64,000 nt of DNA, taken from the NCBI GenBank assembly GCA_965217585.1, contig OZ244561.1:64001-128000 (forward strand). The letters run 5' to 3'. The notes below the pieces were generated by a model, which ran no database searches, had not been told where the DNA came from, and was given only the letters and a program-made list of their open reading frames with translations. The position numbers were made by a program, and so were the translations under genes. Every line of letters starts with the position of its first letter. Positions within the stretch are counted from its first letter, which is position 1. This DNA is from Candidatus Latescibacterota bacterium. GTDB lineage: Bacteria > Latescibacterota > UBA2968 > UBA8231. Positions 29,716 to 38,133 of this stretch are shown in pieces.

Positions 29716-30150
29716 TCAGATGCATTTAGCGACCGTACTCTTTATCATGGCAATACGAATCATGTTCTCTGCGGATTGGGTGAGGATTTCGAAGTCTTTC
29801 GCCAAGCGTCGAAATCCACCCAACCAAGCCAAGGTTCGTTCGATGATCCAGCGTTTGGGCACCACTTGGAACCCTTGGGTTGGTTTATCCGCTATATCGA
29901 GTCGCAACCCCAACAGGTTTTCAACGAATTCAACGGTGGTACCGCGATAGCCTTGGTCGCCGCAGAAGGCTTCGACCGAATCATACTTTTCCGCGACCCG
30001 ATCACATACGTCCCATCCTTGGCTGGTATCGGCCACATGGGCGGCATGTACTTGGATGGTCAGCATATTACCCAGCGTATCGGTGGCGAGGTGGCGTTTA
30101 CGTCCTTTGATCTTTTTTCCCCCCATCCACGCCTCGATCCTGACTGGCAT
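29716..30150 (-). CDS. IS5-family transposase, C-terminal ORF (joined by a frameshift at G6A6)
   Basis: Motifs GKKIKGRKRHLATDTLG, GDQGY and PKRWIIERTLAWL..FRRLAKDFE. Confidence 0.88.
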   Translation of the reverse strand: MPVRIEAWMGGKKIKGRKRHLATDTLGNMLTIQVHAAHVADTSQGWDVCDRVAEKYDSVEAFCGDQGYRGTTVEFVENLLGLRLDIADKPTQGFQVVPKRWIIERTLAWLGGFRRLAKDFEILTQSAENMIRIAMIKSTVAKCI

Positions 30151-30484
30151 ATTGGGTTTTAACCGATTGCGAATCGATCAAGGCATAGGTCGGATGTTCG
30201 TTTTTGCCCTGCTTGTGACGGGCGCGCTCATTCAGCGCGTCCAAGGCTTGTTCCCACACGCCACGCTGATTCCAGCGTCGGTAATGGTCATAGACGGTAT
30301 CCCAAGGGGGAAAATCAAGCGGCAGCATCCGCCACGGAATACCCCCTTTGACGACATATAAAATGGCATTGACCACCTCGCGTTTGGCATACTTGCCGGG
30401 GTTGCCCCGGGGATCAGGACGGTCGAAAAACCCCGCGATCAGGGCCCATTCTGGATCAGTCAAGTCACTTGGATACCCGCCCAT
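30098..30484 (-). CDS. IS5-family transposase, N-terminal ORF
   Basis: Motifs YPSDLTDPEW, VNAILYV..GIPWRMLP.DFPPWDTVY and IDSQSVK. Confidence 0.88.
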   Translation of the reverse strand: MGGYPSDLTDPEWALIAGFFDRPDPRGNPGKYAKREVVNAILYVVKGGIPWRMLPLDFPPWDTVYDHYRRWNQRGVWEQALDALNERARHKQGKNEHPTYALIDSQSVKTQYASQDRGVDGGKKDQRT

Positions 30485-30821
30485 ACTAAAAGTCTCCCTG
30501 CGCAAAAAAGACAGCAAGCAATACATTATACATACAATACATACAGAGCTTTTTTAACTCAACAGCTTCTTAGTGGTTGCAAAATATGCGTGTAAAAAGT
30601 CTTCAGACTTAAGAAGTTCTTCATCGACAATAACATCTCCTTTAGCTAATTCATCAAAGAAAGCCATTGTTCTTTCTCTTTGTATATTTTCCAATGTCTT
30701 CATTAGTACGACGTCTATAGCACTACCAATACCACATGGCAATAGCTGTATTAATCCACGAATAACGCGATTGTCATACTTTTCTAGCGGAATTGTAGAG
30801 GGATGGATGTACTTCGCCGTT

Positions 30822-31037
30822 TTACTGTGCATAGATGACTTTTTCATTGATAATAGCTAATGCTTCCTGTTCCAATTTATAGGCTTCGGTTCTTTTCTGA
30901 TTTGCCTCCAAAACCTTGTTGTTTATATCCTGTTGAATATTTTCATCGTGCAACAATGGAACACTTATTCTCAAAATATGCTCCTTTTTTATATGCCCAA
31001 CTACAGCACCATAAGTAAATCTATTAATTAGGATGAA
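30822..31037 (-). pseudogene. C-terminal remnant of a type I restriction-modification specificity subunit (HsdS-like)
   Basis: Start-less frame LINRFTYGAVVGHIKKEHILRISVPLLHDENIQQDINNKVLEANQKRTEAYKLEQEALAIINEKVIYAQ*, resembling a TRD end plus conserved helix. AT-rich. Confidence 0.55.
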
Positions 31038-31218
31038 TTATCCTAGCTTCCTGTCCTCGGATTGGGCCGATCCCGGTCCCATCTGACCTAGGCTCTTCGA
31101 TCTATGAAGCCCATCAAACCCTGTCAACAATCGGCTTACGAACCTCCGACCCGCCTCCTGCCCCCACTGCACAGGTCCCACGATTGACCGACCGATCCAA
31201 TGAGATGGGTTTCGACCA

Positions 31219-31590
31219 TCAACGCCCCCGTAGTTGACGGGCTATCTCCGCCCGTTCCTGTTCCAGTCTTCGAGCAAGCGTCTCTAGCTGTTTATGATAG
31301 CTGACATCAACTTGGCCGCTGAGAAGGTGCTCACCAAGTTGCTTCAGATCCAGACCCGTGAAAGGCTCGCCGGTGTTTGACCGGAGCAAGCTGTCCAAGG
31401 TCAGCGCCTCAAGGGACTGCGATTCGAGGCCCTGATCACTGGCATCAATGAGAAGCCGCCCGAGCTTCTTCTGATCTGGATCGGGCAGACGGGTCCTCCC
31501 TCGTCCCAGCCGTTCAATTACCTTGTCTATCAGGGTGCCATAAGCCTCGACATCGGCGTAAACCCCCCTCAGCAAACTCAAGTCACTCAT
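31219..31590 (-). CDS. Hypothetical helical protein
   Basis: 123-aa ORF with GGAG RBS before ATG 31590; no motif recognised. Confidence 0.55.
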   Translation of the reverse strand: MSDLSLLRGVYADVEAYGTLIDKVIERLGRGRTRLPDPDQKKLGRLLIDASDQGLESQSLEALTLDSLLRSNTGEPFTGLDLKQLGEHLLSGQVDVSYHKQLETLARRLEQERAEIARQLRGR

Positions 31591-31648
31591 GTTGTCATCT
31601 CCGCTGAAGATGAGCGTTTGTAAATTCAATGAGATGGCGAAGAAACCC

Positions 31649-31738
31649 TTAACAGAGAAATTTTTTGAGGTTCTTCCCTCTCCGTTGAGATCGTTTCATA
31701 TCTCTTTCAAAGCGCTTAGAATAAAAAGGACGCCGCAT
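31649..31738 (-). pseudogene. yafQ: Truncated YafQ/RelE-family toxin (first 29 codons)
   Basis: MRRPFYSKRFERDMKRSQRRGKNLKKFLC*; TGATG overlap with the antitoxin stop. Confidence 0.7.
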
Positions 31739-31998
31739 CAAATGTTGAGCTTCTGAAACATGCCCTCGGCGTCTTCACACTCGACCAATTCTCCCCCTCG
31801 ATCCGTCTTTTCAAAAACGTCTCGGGTTTCCTCATTCGGTAGCTCTACGGGAAACGGCAACCCGTTGCGCAGTTCCATTTGCCGAAAGAAAAGGGTTATG
31901 GCCTCGGTCGTGGTCAGGCCGAGCTTGCTCAATAGCGCCTCGACATTGCGCTTTAGCTCTGGATTGATACGCGCCCGGACAACTTCAGTCTTTGCCAT
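31738..31998 (-). CDS. dinJ: RelB/DinJ-family antitoxin
   Basis: VRARINPELK..LGLTTTEAITLF..GLPF..PNEET; RBS GGAAGGAG. Confidence 0.9.
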   Translation of the reverse strand: MAKTEVVRARINPELKRNVEALLSKLGLTTTEAITLFFRQMELRNGLPFPVELPNEETRDVFEKTDRGGELVECEDAEGMFQKLNI

Positions 31999-32021
31999 AA
32001 TAGTCTCCTTCCTCGTCTGAC

Positions 32022-32041
32022 TGTAGCACGTTTGGGCTACA
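32022..32041. promoter_or_regulatory. Palindromic operator upstream of dinJ-1
   Basis: TGTAGC-N8-GCTACA. Confidence 0.6.
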
Positions 32042-32097
32042 ATGCCAAGAGGGTGCTCTACGGCAAGAGGGCGGTTGGCGGCTCTGAGTTCTAAGGA

Positions 32098-32152
32098 CCA
32101 GCGCCGCGCACGACACCGGGAAAAGCACCCAAAAACAGGGGGATCGAAACGG
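32098..32152. repeat. 55-bp direct repeat of an internal segment of the GNAT gene (35629-35683)
   Basis: 53 of 55 bases identical; both differences are synonymous in the GNAT frame. Confidence 0.85.
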
Positions 32153-32244
32153 TGCGATCGCCACCCGGCCCGCCCGACGAGCAACCGCTTAATACAGGGG
32201 CATGGTCAGGCCGTCAGGGCCAAGGCGGCGGCGAACCGGTCCGG

Positions 32245-32827
32245 CTATGGGGCCGCCGCCGGCTCCGAAACCCCGGCGGTGACCGGCTCGAACTGCCGCG
32301 CCACCACCCAATCCGGGCGCGGGCTCTCGACGCCGTGCAGCACGTTGTCGATCGCGGCAAACGCGTAGATCAGGCTGTAGCGCTTCGCCGGCGAGAAGTT
32401 GTGGTGGGAGCCGTGCACGATCCGGCAGTCGAAGAAACAGACGTCGCCGGCGTCGCCCTCGATCGGAATGATCATCGCCTCGTCGGTGATGTGCTCGCGC
32501 AGCGCCTCGGACGTGATGCACCACTGCTTGTAGCTGGTGGTGCCCTCATCGCTGTAGTGGTCCAGCACGCCCCAGCGATGCGATCCCTTTATCAGCATCA
32601 GGCAGCCGTTGTCGCGCGTGTTCGGACCCAGCATCACCAGCGCGGAGGCCAAGCGATCGTCGACGCCGTCGTAGCACCAGTATCCGTAGTCCTGATGCCA
32701 GAGCCAGACGGTGCCCTCGAAGGACTCCTTGTAGTTGAACTTGCTGTGGAAGATATAGGCGTTGCGCCCGAAGATCTGCTTGACCGGTGCGGCGATCGGC
32801 TCGGAACGGCACAGCTCGCGGAATCCT
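32245..32827 (-). pseudogene. Phytanoyl-CoA dioxygenase (PhyH/EctD-like) 2OG-Fe(II) oxygenase, N-terminally truncated
   Basis: HSKFNYK..WHQDYGYW, NGCLMLIKGSH and IVHGSHHN. Homology stops at the IS91-like end. Confidence 0.75.
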
Positions 32828-33045
32828 ACGTATAGGTAAAATAAAGCCCCCTTTTTGGGACTCTCTGTCAAGGCGCCGAACGCACGGGGCGGGCAAGGTC
32901 CCTGATGATCATCTGCAGGTCCTTCGGCCGGGGTACCAGAGCCGCCAGCTTCTCCAGTAGTTCGAGGGGCGAGAGCAGGAGATGGCTCGTCCCATCCGAC
33001 CAGGGCGTTTTGAGCGCGAAGGAAAGGTGCTCGGGATCGAGGCGG
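32828..33045 (-). mobile_element. IS91/ISCR-family rolling-circle element remnant (transposase fragment plus oriIS-like end)
   Basis: Transposase fragment LKTPWSDGTSHLLLSPLELLEKLAALVP; end sequence GGGGCTTTATTTTACCTATACGT on the minus strand (32850-32828). Confidence 0.7.
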
Positions 33046-33305
33046 CTTCGATCATCGTGGCCAGATCCATCTTGAGCTCCTTTCCCGTGTTTATGCAACC
33101 TTATTGTTTTCAATCTGTTGCATGGTCGGGATTTGGAGCCTTTTTTAGAAGTTGCCCCGGTTTGGTTTAGTGGACAGTTTAGGACTCGATCCTCAACCAG
33201 AGCCGCGCGGCGTCTGGTCGTCGGACTTCAGGCGCAGTCGCTCAAATACGCACTTCGCAGCGGGGCAGAACGGACAACCGAACAACTGAAAGAGGCTACA
33301 TCGAC

Positions 33306-34562
33306 ATGAAAGTGGCAGCAGTTGAACTGACGCACCTCGATCTGCCGTTTACCGTGCACAGCGACAAACACCTGCGATACTGGATTCCGGCGTGGCGCAT
33401 CATTCAGATCTGTAAGCTCACCCTCGACAACGGCATTGTCGGTTGGGGAGAGACAATACCCCACGCCACCCATGCCCGGATACCGGCCGACATCGAGGAT
33501 CGCATCGTCGGCCAAGAGGCAGCCAGCCTGCTATGGCACGACGATCTCGGCGCCGGGCTGCAGCTGGCGCTGTTCGACGCGGTGGGAAAACACGAAAACG
33601 TCTCGGCGTGCGACCTGCTCGGGAAGAAGCTGAGAGACTGGTGTCCGATTTCGTGGTGGGCCTGCGACATGGGCCCGGAGGACTGGGCCGAGCAGTGCCA
33701 GGATGCCGTCAGTCGAGGATACATGTCGGCTAAATTCAAATCGCGTCCCTGGCAGGACCTTCACGCCTGCCTCGACGCCGGCATTCGCGTCGTGCCACCA
33801 CAGTTCAGATTCGACCTCGACTTCAATGGTCACCTGGTCAACTCGGCCAACGCAATTTCGTTCTTGAAGTCGCTCGAACAGTACGAGCAGGTGGCCATGA
33901 TCGAAACCCCGATTCCGCAGCGAGACATCGCCGGCAACGTACAGATACGCGGGCGCATCAATCGGCCCCTCGCCATGCACTTCGACGACCCACCGATCGC
34001 CACCGCCCTGCGCGAAGACGTCACGGACGGTCTGATCATCGGCGGCGGTGCCGCACGGATACTGGAACAGGACGCCATCCTCAGGGCCGCCAACAAGCCA
34101 TTCTGGCTGCAACTGGTGGGAACGGGCATCACCACAACGTGGGCCGCCCACGTCGCGGCGGTGTGCACACAGGCCCGATGGCCGGCTATCACCTGCATGA
34201 ACATCTATGAGTCGCAGCTCATAGCGCGTCCGATCGAGGTACGTGGTGGGTACTACAGAATTCCCGAAGGGCCGGGGCTCGGTATTGAAGTCGCCGTGTC
34301 GGCCTTGAAGAAGTACGAGGTAGATTACACGGATATAGATCACGTTCGCCACATCTACAAATACGAGCGGACCTGCGGTGAGATTGTCTATATCGCCGGT
34401 TACCGAAGCGCCTTTCACGGACGCTACACGGCGGCGGCGCTACCGATCTGCGAGTGCGGATCGACGCTCGACATTATCGACGACGACGGCAGCCGCAAGT
34501 TCTCCCAGTTCTACGACGAAGTAGAAGGCAAGGGGCTCCTCTTTAAAAAATCAAAAGGGTAG
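33306..34562 (+). CDS. Mandelate racemase/muconate lactonizing enzyme (enolase superfamily) protein
   Basis: GIVGWGE, KxK (AKFKSRPW), DFN, ETP and C-terminal PEGPGLGIE. Confidence 0.85.
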   Translation: MKVAAVELTHLDLPFTVHSDKHLRYWIPAWRIIQICKLTLDNGIVGWGETIPHATHARIPADIEDRIVGQEAASLLWHDDLGAGLQLALFDAVGKHENVSACDLLGKKLRDWCPISWWACDMGPEDWAEQCQDAVSRGYMSAKFKSRPWQDLHACLDAGIRVVPPQFRFDLDFNGHLVNSANAISFLKSLEQYEQVAMIETPIPQRDIAGNVQIRGRINRPLAMHFDDPPIATALREDVTDGLIIGGGAARILEQDAILRAANKPFWLQLVGTGITTTWAAHVAAVCTQARWPAITCMNIYESQLIARPIEVRGGYYRIPEGPGLGIEVAVSALKKYEVDYTDIDHVRHIYKYERTCGEIVYIAGYRSAFHGRYTAAALPICECGSTLDIIDDDGSRKFSQFYDEVEGKGLLFKKSKG

Positions 34563-34848
34563 AAATCCGACCGATCTTTAGTAAAGGGAAACGGCCGGCG
34601 GTCGTCGCCAGGCTGGGATGGAACAAGGCCAACACCAAGGCCATCGAACGCTTTAACTTGACCGACCGAATGCGCAACGCGCGAAAGAGGCGTAGGACGG
34701 GTTCAGTGTCATAGCGTAGCTTTATCCCATGTTCATTTAACGTCTCACGGTTTGCGATCCCGCGCAGCGGGTTGCCGCAGTGCAAACCGATATGTTATGT
34801 GATATGTCTCAGCAACTCAGTCTCCATCCATTTCCATAGGAGCCCATC

Positions 34849-35187
34849 CTACATTAACCGATCGGCCAACGCCTGTAATTGCCCCTCGTCAGCACTCGGC
34901 CCGGCCAACGCGATCTCCGCATTCCCCTCGCCTTTTATTACAACCGCAACCTGCTTCGACCGCACGCCCTCGACCACGATCTCCCGCGCCGCCGCTCGCG
35001 CCTTCGCCTCGACGCCGCTGCCGATAAAAACCTTCGCCGAAACCTCGCCCATCGAATCCTTGCGCACCCCCTTTTCAAAATACTTTCGCTTCTTTCGCTC
35101 GGCGCTCCGTTTGATCACCACGCCCGCCACCCCTTCCAACACCATCAGCAAATCATCCGTATCCCGACCCGACAAATAGAGTATCAT
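34849..35187 (-). CDS. Hypothetical protein
   Basis: 112-aa ORF coupled to the upstream GNAT gene by a TGATG overlap. Confidence 0.6.
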   Translation of the reverse strand: MILYLSGRDTDDLLMVLEGVAGVVIKRSAERKKRKYFEKGVRKDSMGEVSAKVFIGSGVEAKARAAAREIVVEGVRSKQVAVVIKGEGNAEIALAGPSADEGQLQALADRLM

Positions 35188-36218
35188 CAGTGCACCACCG
35201 ATCCGTCGGCGTAAAAACTCCCCTTGTTTTCCCACACCTCGACATCCACCCAACCCGTTTGCGCCCGGTCGGCAACCCGCTGACTTAAAGTAGCGCCGCA
35301 ACGGAAGCCCGCCGCATTCAGGGCGGTGGCTTTGGGATGCAAACCAGCGTCGCAATAGGCCAAGCAGGTGTGGCTCGCCGGTATCTCTAGCGCCTGGAGC
35401 AAGGCGGCCCCCTCGTCCCAAAAGGCCGGATGGCAATACAGATCTACCAAGCAGGCGTCAGGCCATAGCGGATGGTCGGACCACATGGCCCAACCCACCA
35501 CGGCGCGAGTCTCTTGTTGCACCAGAGCCAGCGCGCGGGGCGGAAGGTCGCTTGCGTCACGCTCCAAGCCGTCCTGCAGCAAAGGCAGCAAAGGCCCTTC
35601 GGTGGAGCGGCGACCCCACACACCCAAGCCAGCGCCGCGCACAACGCCGGGAAAAGCACCCAAAAACAGGGGGATCGAAACGGGCCAATGGAGCCAACCA
35701 ACCGGTTCTACGGCCGTGGAGCCCAGGGCGAAATACGCTCTATCGAATTCGTCTTGCGAGGTGCTGTAATAGTCCATATAACCACTTTCAGGCTCGACTC
35801 CGGCAAAGCCGTTGACCCGATAAATGTGATAGGGCGGCGTATCGTAGCCCGTGCCCAAGAACAGGGCTTGGCCGCCGCGCTGCCTAAAGTGCTCCATGAG
35901 GCAGGCCATTAGCTGCATGGCAGCGCCTTGGCGACGGTCTTCGGGGCGGGTGTACACGTGGCCGAGCAACCCCACGCCTCGGTACTCAATAGTCATCATA
36001 TTGGCAAAGGGATCGCCATCGCGGTGCAGCAGGTAAAAGAAGACGTCGAGGCCGGTCTGAGTGCGCAGCACCTGTTGGTTGCCCCAACGCCAAGACGGAC
36101 CTTTGTGGCTCAAAAGGGTTTCGACGCGCTCGGCCCAGTCGAGATCGGGGCCTTGCACGACGCCGGCTTGTATAGCTTCACCGGATTTGAGCGTGATTCG
36201 GTCTAACTGTCGGTACAT
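35187..36218 (-). CDS. GNAT family N-acetyltransferase (two-domain)
   Basis: GHVYTRPEDRRQGAA and LFLGTG..IY..NGF. Confidence 0.82.
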   Translation of the reverse strand: MYRQLDRITLKSGEAIQAGVVQGPDLDWAERVETLLSHKGPSWRWGNQQVLRTQTGLDVFFYLLHRDGDPFANMMTIEYRGVGLLGHVYTRPEDRRQGAAMQLMACLMEHFRQRGGQALFLGTGYDTPPYHIYRVNGFAGVEPESGYMDYYSTSQDEFDRAYFALGSTAVEPVGWLHWPVSIPLFLGAFPGVVRGAGLGVWGRRSTEGPLLPLLQDGLERDASDLPPRALALVQQETRAVVGWAMWSDHPLWPDACLVDLYCHPAFWDEGAALLQALEIPASHTCLAYCDAGLHPKATALNAAGFRCGATLSQRVADRAQTGWVDVEVWENKGSFYADGSVVH

Positions 36219-36292
36219 GTCAGGTCTTTGCCGCGCTTCCCGACTCTTTTCACGTCGCGCTTGAACTGCGTGGAGCGAACCGGGATCAGCAC
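36203..36292 (-). pseudogene. yafQ: Truncated YafQ toxin (first 29 codons)
   Basis: (GTG)MLIPVRSTQFKRDVKRVGKRGKDLTCTDS*, directly after dinJ-2 and running into the GNAT start. Confidence 0.75.
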
Positions 36293-36293
36293 G

Positions 36294-36551
36294 TCAGATC
36301 TCGAGGTCTTGGAACAGTTCCTCGGCACTGCCGAAGCGCTTGCCCTTGCCCTCGTCCAATTCCTTCATCGCCTTGACAGTGGTAGCATTCGGTGCTTGGA
36401 CGGCAAAAGGCAGCCGCTTCTCATCCGCCACTCGCAGCAACAACAGGCGAATGGCATCGGACACCGACAAGCCCATAGCTTGCAATGCTTCCGCAGCTCG
36501 TGCTTTGGTCTCGCTATCAATCCGAGCGCGTACGACCGTATCGCGACTCAT
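36294..36551 (-). CDS. dinJ: RelB/DinJ-family antitoxin
   Basis: VVRARID..MGLSVSDAIRLLL..RLPF..PNATT; RBS AGGAGG. Confidence 0.92.
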   Translation of the reverse strand: MSRDTVVRARIDSETKARAAEALQAMGLSVSDAIRLLLLRVADEKRLPFAVQAPNATTVKAMKELDEGKGKRFGSAEELFQDLEI

Positions 36552-36569
36552 CTGTATATCCTCCTACTA

Positions 36570-36590
36570 TGTAGCTCTAGTGTAGCTACA
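36570..36590. promoter_or_regulatory. Palindromic operator upstream of dinJ-2
   Basis: TGTAGC-N9-GCTACA, same half-sites as the dinJ-1 operator. Confidence 0.55.
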
Positions 36591-36645
36591 AAAGCTAGCC
36601 AAGTCAAAAAAATCCGGCGGCGGCCTAATTTATTCCTTGAATAAA

Positions 36646-37098
36646 TCAGCTTCCCGGTCGTTCATCCGATTCTCCGTTCTCCCCTTGCAGCACGGACGCC
36701 TCTGGTGAGAGCAGCAGCAATCCCGCCACGGATGCGAAGTGGCGGTCCATCGAGACCAGTCGCAAACCGTGCTCCATAGCCAGCGCCGCAATCCAGATGT
36801 CGTTCGTTGGAATTGGGGTTCCGGCTCTCCTCAACCCGTCGAGGATCTCAGCATAGAACTCGGCTGTATCCTCGCTGACGCCGCATATCGACACGCGCGG
36901 CGTATCGAGGAATTCGGCCAGTTCCTCGCGATTCTTGCGTTCCTGTGTCCCGCCCTTGAAGCCCGATAGCAGCTCCCCGATGCTGATCGAACTCAGCACG
37001 ATTCGCGAGGCTCGCCGAAGCAGGGAGACGACCGCCGGATCTGCGCGCATAGCGTGCGAGTAGATGTTGGTATCGATCAGGAACTCATTCACTGCCAT
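36646..37098 (-). CDS. vapC: VapC PIN-domain toxin
   Basis: LIDTN, IGELLSG, PIPTNDIWIAA and DRHF. The true start may be GTG at 37092. Confidence 0.93.
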   Translation of the reverse strand: MAVNEFLIDTNIYSHAMRADPAVVSLLRRASRIVLSSISIGELLSGFKGGTQERKNREELAEFLDTPRVSICGVSEDTAEFYAEILDGLRRAGTPIPTNDIWIAALAMEHGLRLVSMDRHFASVAGLLLLSPEASVLQGENGESDERPGS

Positions 37099-37361
37099 AG
37101 TTCCGGATCGATGCGCCGCGCGGAATCGATCTTCTGCTGAATCTGGGTGAACTCATCCTCGTCCCAGCGTCCGAATAGATGGTCCAAGTCGTGATGGACC
37201 TCGGTGAACCGACGGGATTTGTCCAATCCGAACTGCTTGCGCAGGGCGTCCAGCGCCGTCTGGTTCACGCTCTTTCCTTCCCGCTCGGCCACCTCCCTCA
37301 ACTTGGCGGCAAGCTGGGGATCTAGCCCACGTAGGGTCATACTCTTCAGAACATCCGCCAA
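37089..37361 (-). CDS. vapB: VapB/FitA-like ribbon-helix-helix antitoxin
   Basis: MTLRGLDPQL..EGKSVNQ and HDLDHLFGRW; overlaps the vapC start; RBS AAGGAGGT. Confidence 0.85.
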   Translation of the reverse strand: MADVLKSMTLRGLDPQLAAKLREVAEREGKSVNQTALDALRKQFGLDKSRRFTEVHHDLDHLFGRWDEDEFTQIQQKIDSARRIDPELWQ

Positions 37362-37400
37362 GATGCACCTCCTTGAAATGCAACGAATACGTGATATCTA

Positions 37401-37438
37401 TATGATCTCATCATATGAGATCATACTTAGCTAGTCAA
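37401..37438 (-). promoter_or_regulatory. vapBC promoter with overlapping operator
   Basis: TTGACT-N17-TATGAT on the minus strand; perfect 11-bp inverted repeat TATGATCTCAT-CAT-ATGAGATCATA (37401-37425). Confidence 0.75.
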
Positions 37439-37518
37439 GCGTTCTCCCACACCTAGTAAACCAAGAGCCAGTCCGGCTCGGTCGCAAGCTCAACGTGCGG
37501 CTCGGACAAACTTGCGTC

Positions 37519-37540
37519 ATGGTACTTCGTTTGGTACCAT
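37519..37540. promoter_or_regulatory. hicAB operator palindrome
   Basis: ATGGTAC-N8-GTACCAT, 9 bp upstream of the hicA ATG. Confidence 0.6.
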
Positions 37541-37549
37541 TAAATCGTC

Positions 37550-37804
37550 ATGCGAGCAAAGCATCAGCGCACGCTGGAGAGTGTGCTCAAGAAGCCAACG
37601 CCAGCAGGTATCCGGTGGACGGACATCGCCGCCATGCTGAAGGCAGCAGGCGTAGAGGTATCTCAGCGTTCGGGATCGCGCATTCTTCTGAAGAAGGGAG
37701 CAGAACGAATGGTAGTTCACCGGCCCCATCCAGAGCCAGAGGCTGGGAAAGCGACAGTGCGTGCCATCGCCGCGTTCCTCAAAGCCGTAGGAGTCAAGCC
37801 ATGA
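37550..37804 (+). CDS. hicA: HicA-family toxin
   Basis: KHQRTL..IRWTDI..GSR..HRPHP. Confidence 0.9.
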   Translation: MRAKHQRTLESVLKKPTPAGIRWTDIAAMLKAAGVEVSQRSGSRILLKKGAERMVVHRPHPEPEAGKATVRAIAAFLKAVGVKP

Positions 37805-38133
37805 TGAAATACAAGGGATACGCCGCTGAGGTCGAATTCGACGATTCCGTGGGCCGTCTTCACGGACGAGTCGTCAACAGCGGTGCTTATCCGATTGCCA
37901 CCTTTGAAGCAACCGACGTCGAGGGGATTCGGCGCGAGTTCCACCGCTCCATCGACGAGTATCTCAAGTCCTGTGCGGAAGACGGCATTGAGCCTCGGAA
38001 GCCTTTCTCAGGCAAGCTCAATGTGCGGCTCGGGCCAGACTTGCATCAGCGCGTTGCGCGCTCGGCGGCAGAGAGCGGCCTGAGCTTGAATGGCTATATC
38101 ATGCAAGCACTGGAGAAGAGCGTGTCCGAGTAA
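37801..38133 (+). CDS. hicB: HicB-family antitoxin
   Basis: MKYKGY..F..SIDEYL..PRKPFSGKLNVRLGPDLH..SLN; ATGA overlap with hicA. Confidence 0.92.
   Translation: MMKYKGYAAEVEFDDSVGRLHGRVVNSGAYPIATFEATDVEGIRREFHRSIDEYLKSCAEDGIEPRKPFSGKLNVRLGPDLHQRVARSAAESGLSLNGYIMQALEKSVSE

Larger units (their letters stand above)
29699..30570 (-). mobile_element. IS5-family insertion sequence (DUF4096 plus DDE, two ORFs)
   Basis: Perfect 16-bp terminal inverted repeats AGAAGCTGTTGAGTTA (29699-29714) and TAACTCAACAGCTTCT (30555-30570). Confidence 0.9.
28200..30847 (-). pseudogene. AT-rich gene of about 230 aa (Abi-alpha/DUF4393-like?) split by two IS elements
   Basis: Fragments 30847-30570 (...HAYFATT), 29699-29294 (YALNTRRREKI...WRLKKF) and 28222-28200 (IEDSE*) rejoin in frame when both IS are removed. 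Confidence 0.7.

Noticed and set aside
34543-34850. Small ORFs between the enolase-family gene and 34849
   Set aside because: No motif, RBS or consistent frame; probably intergenic or decayed sequence.
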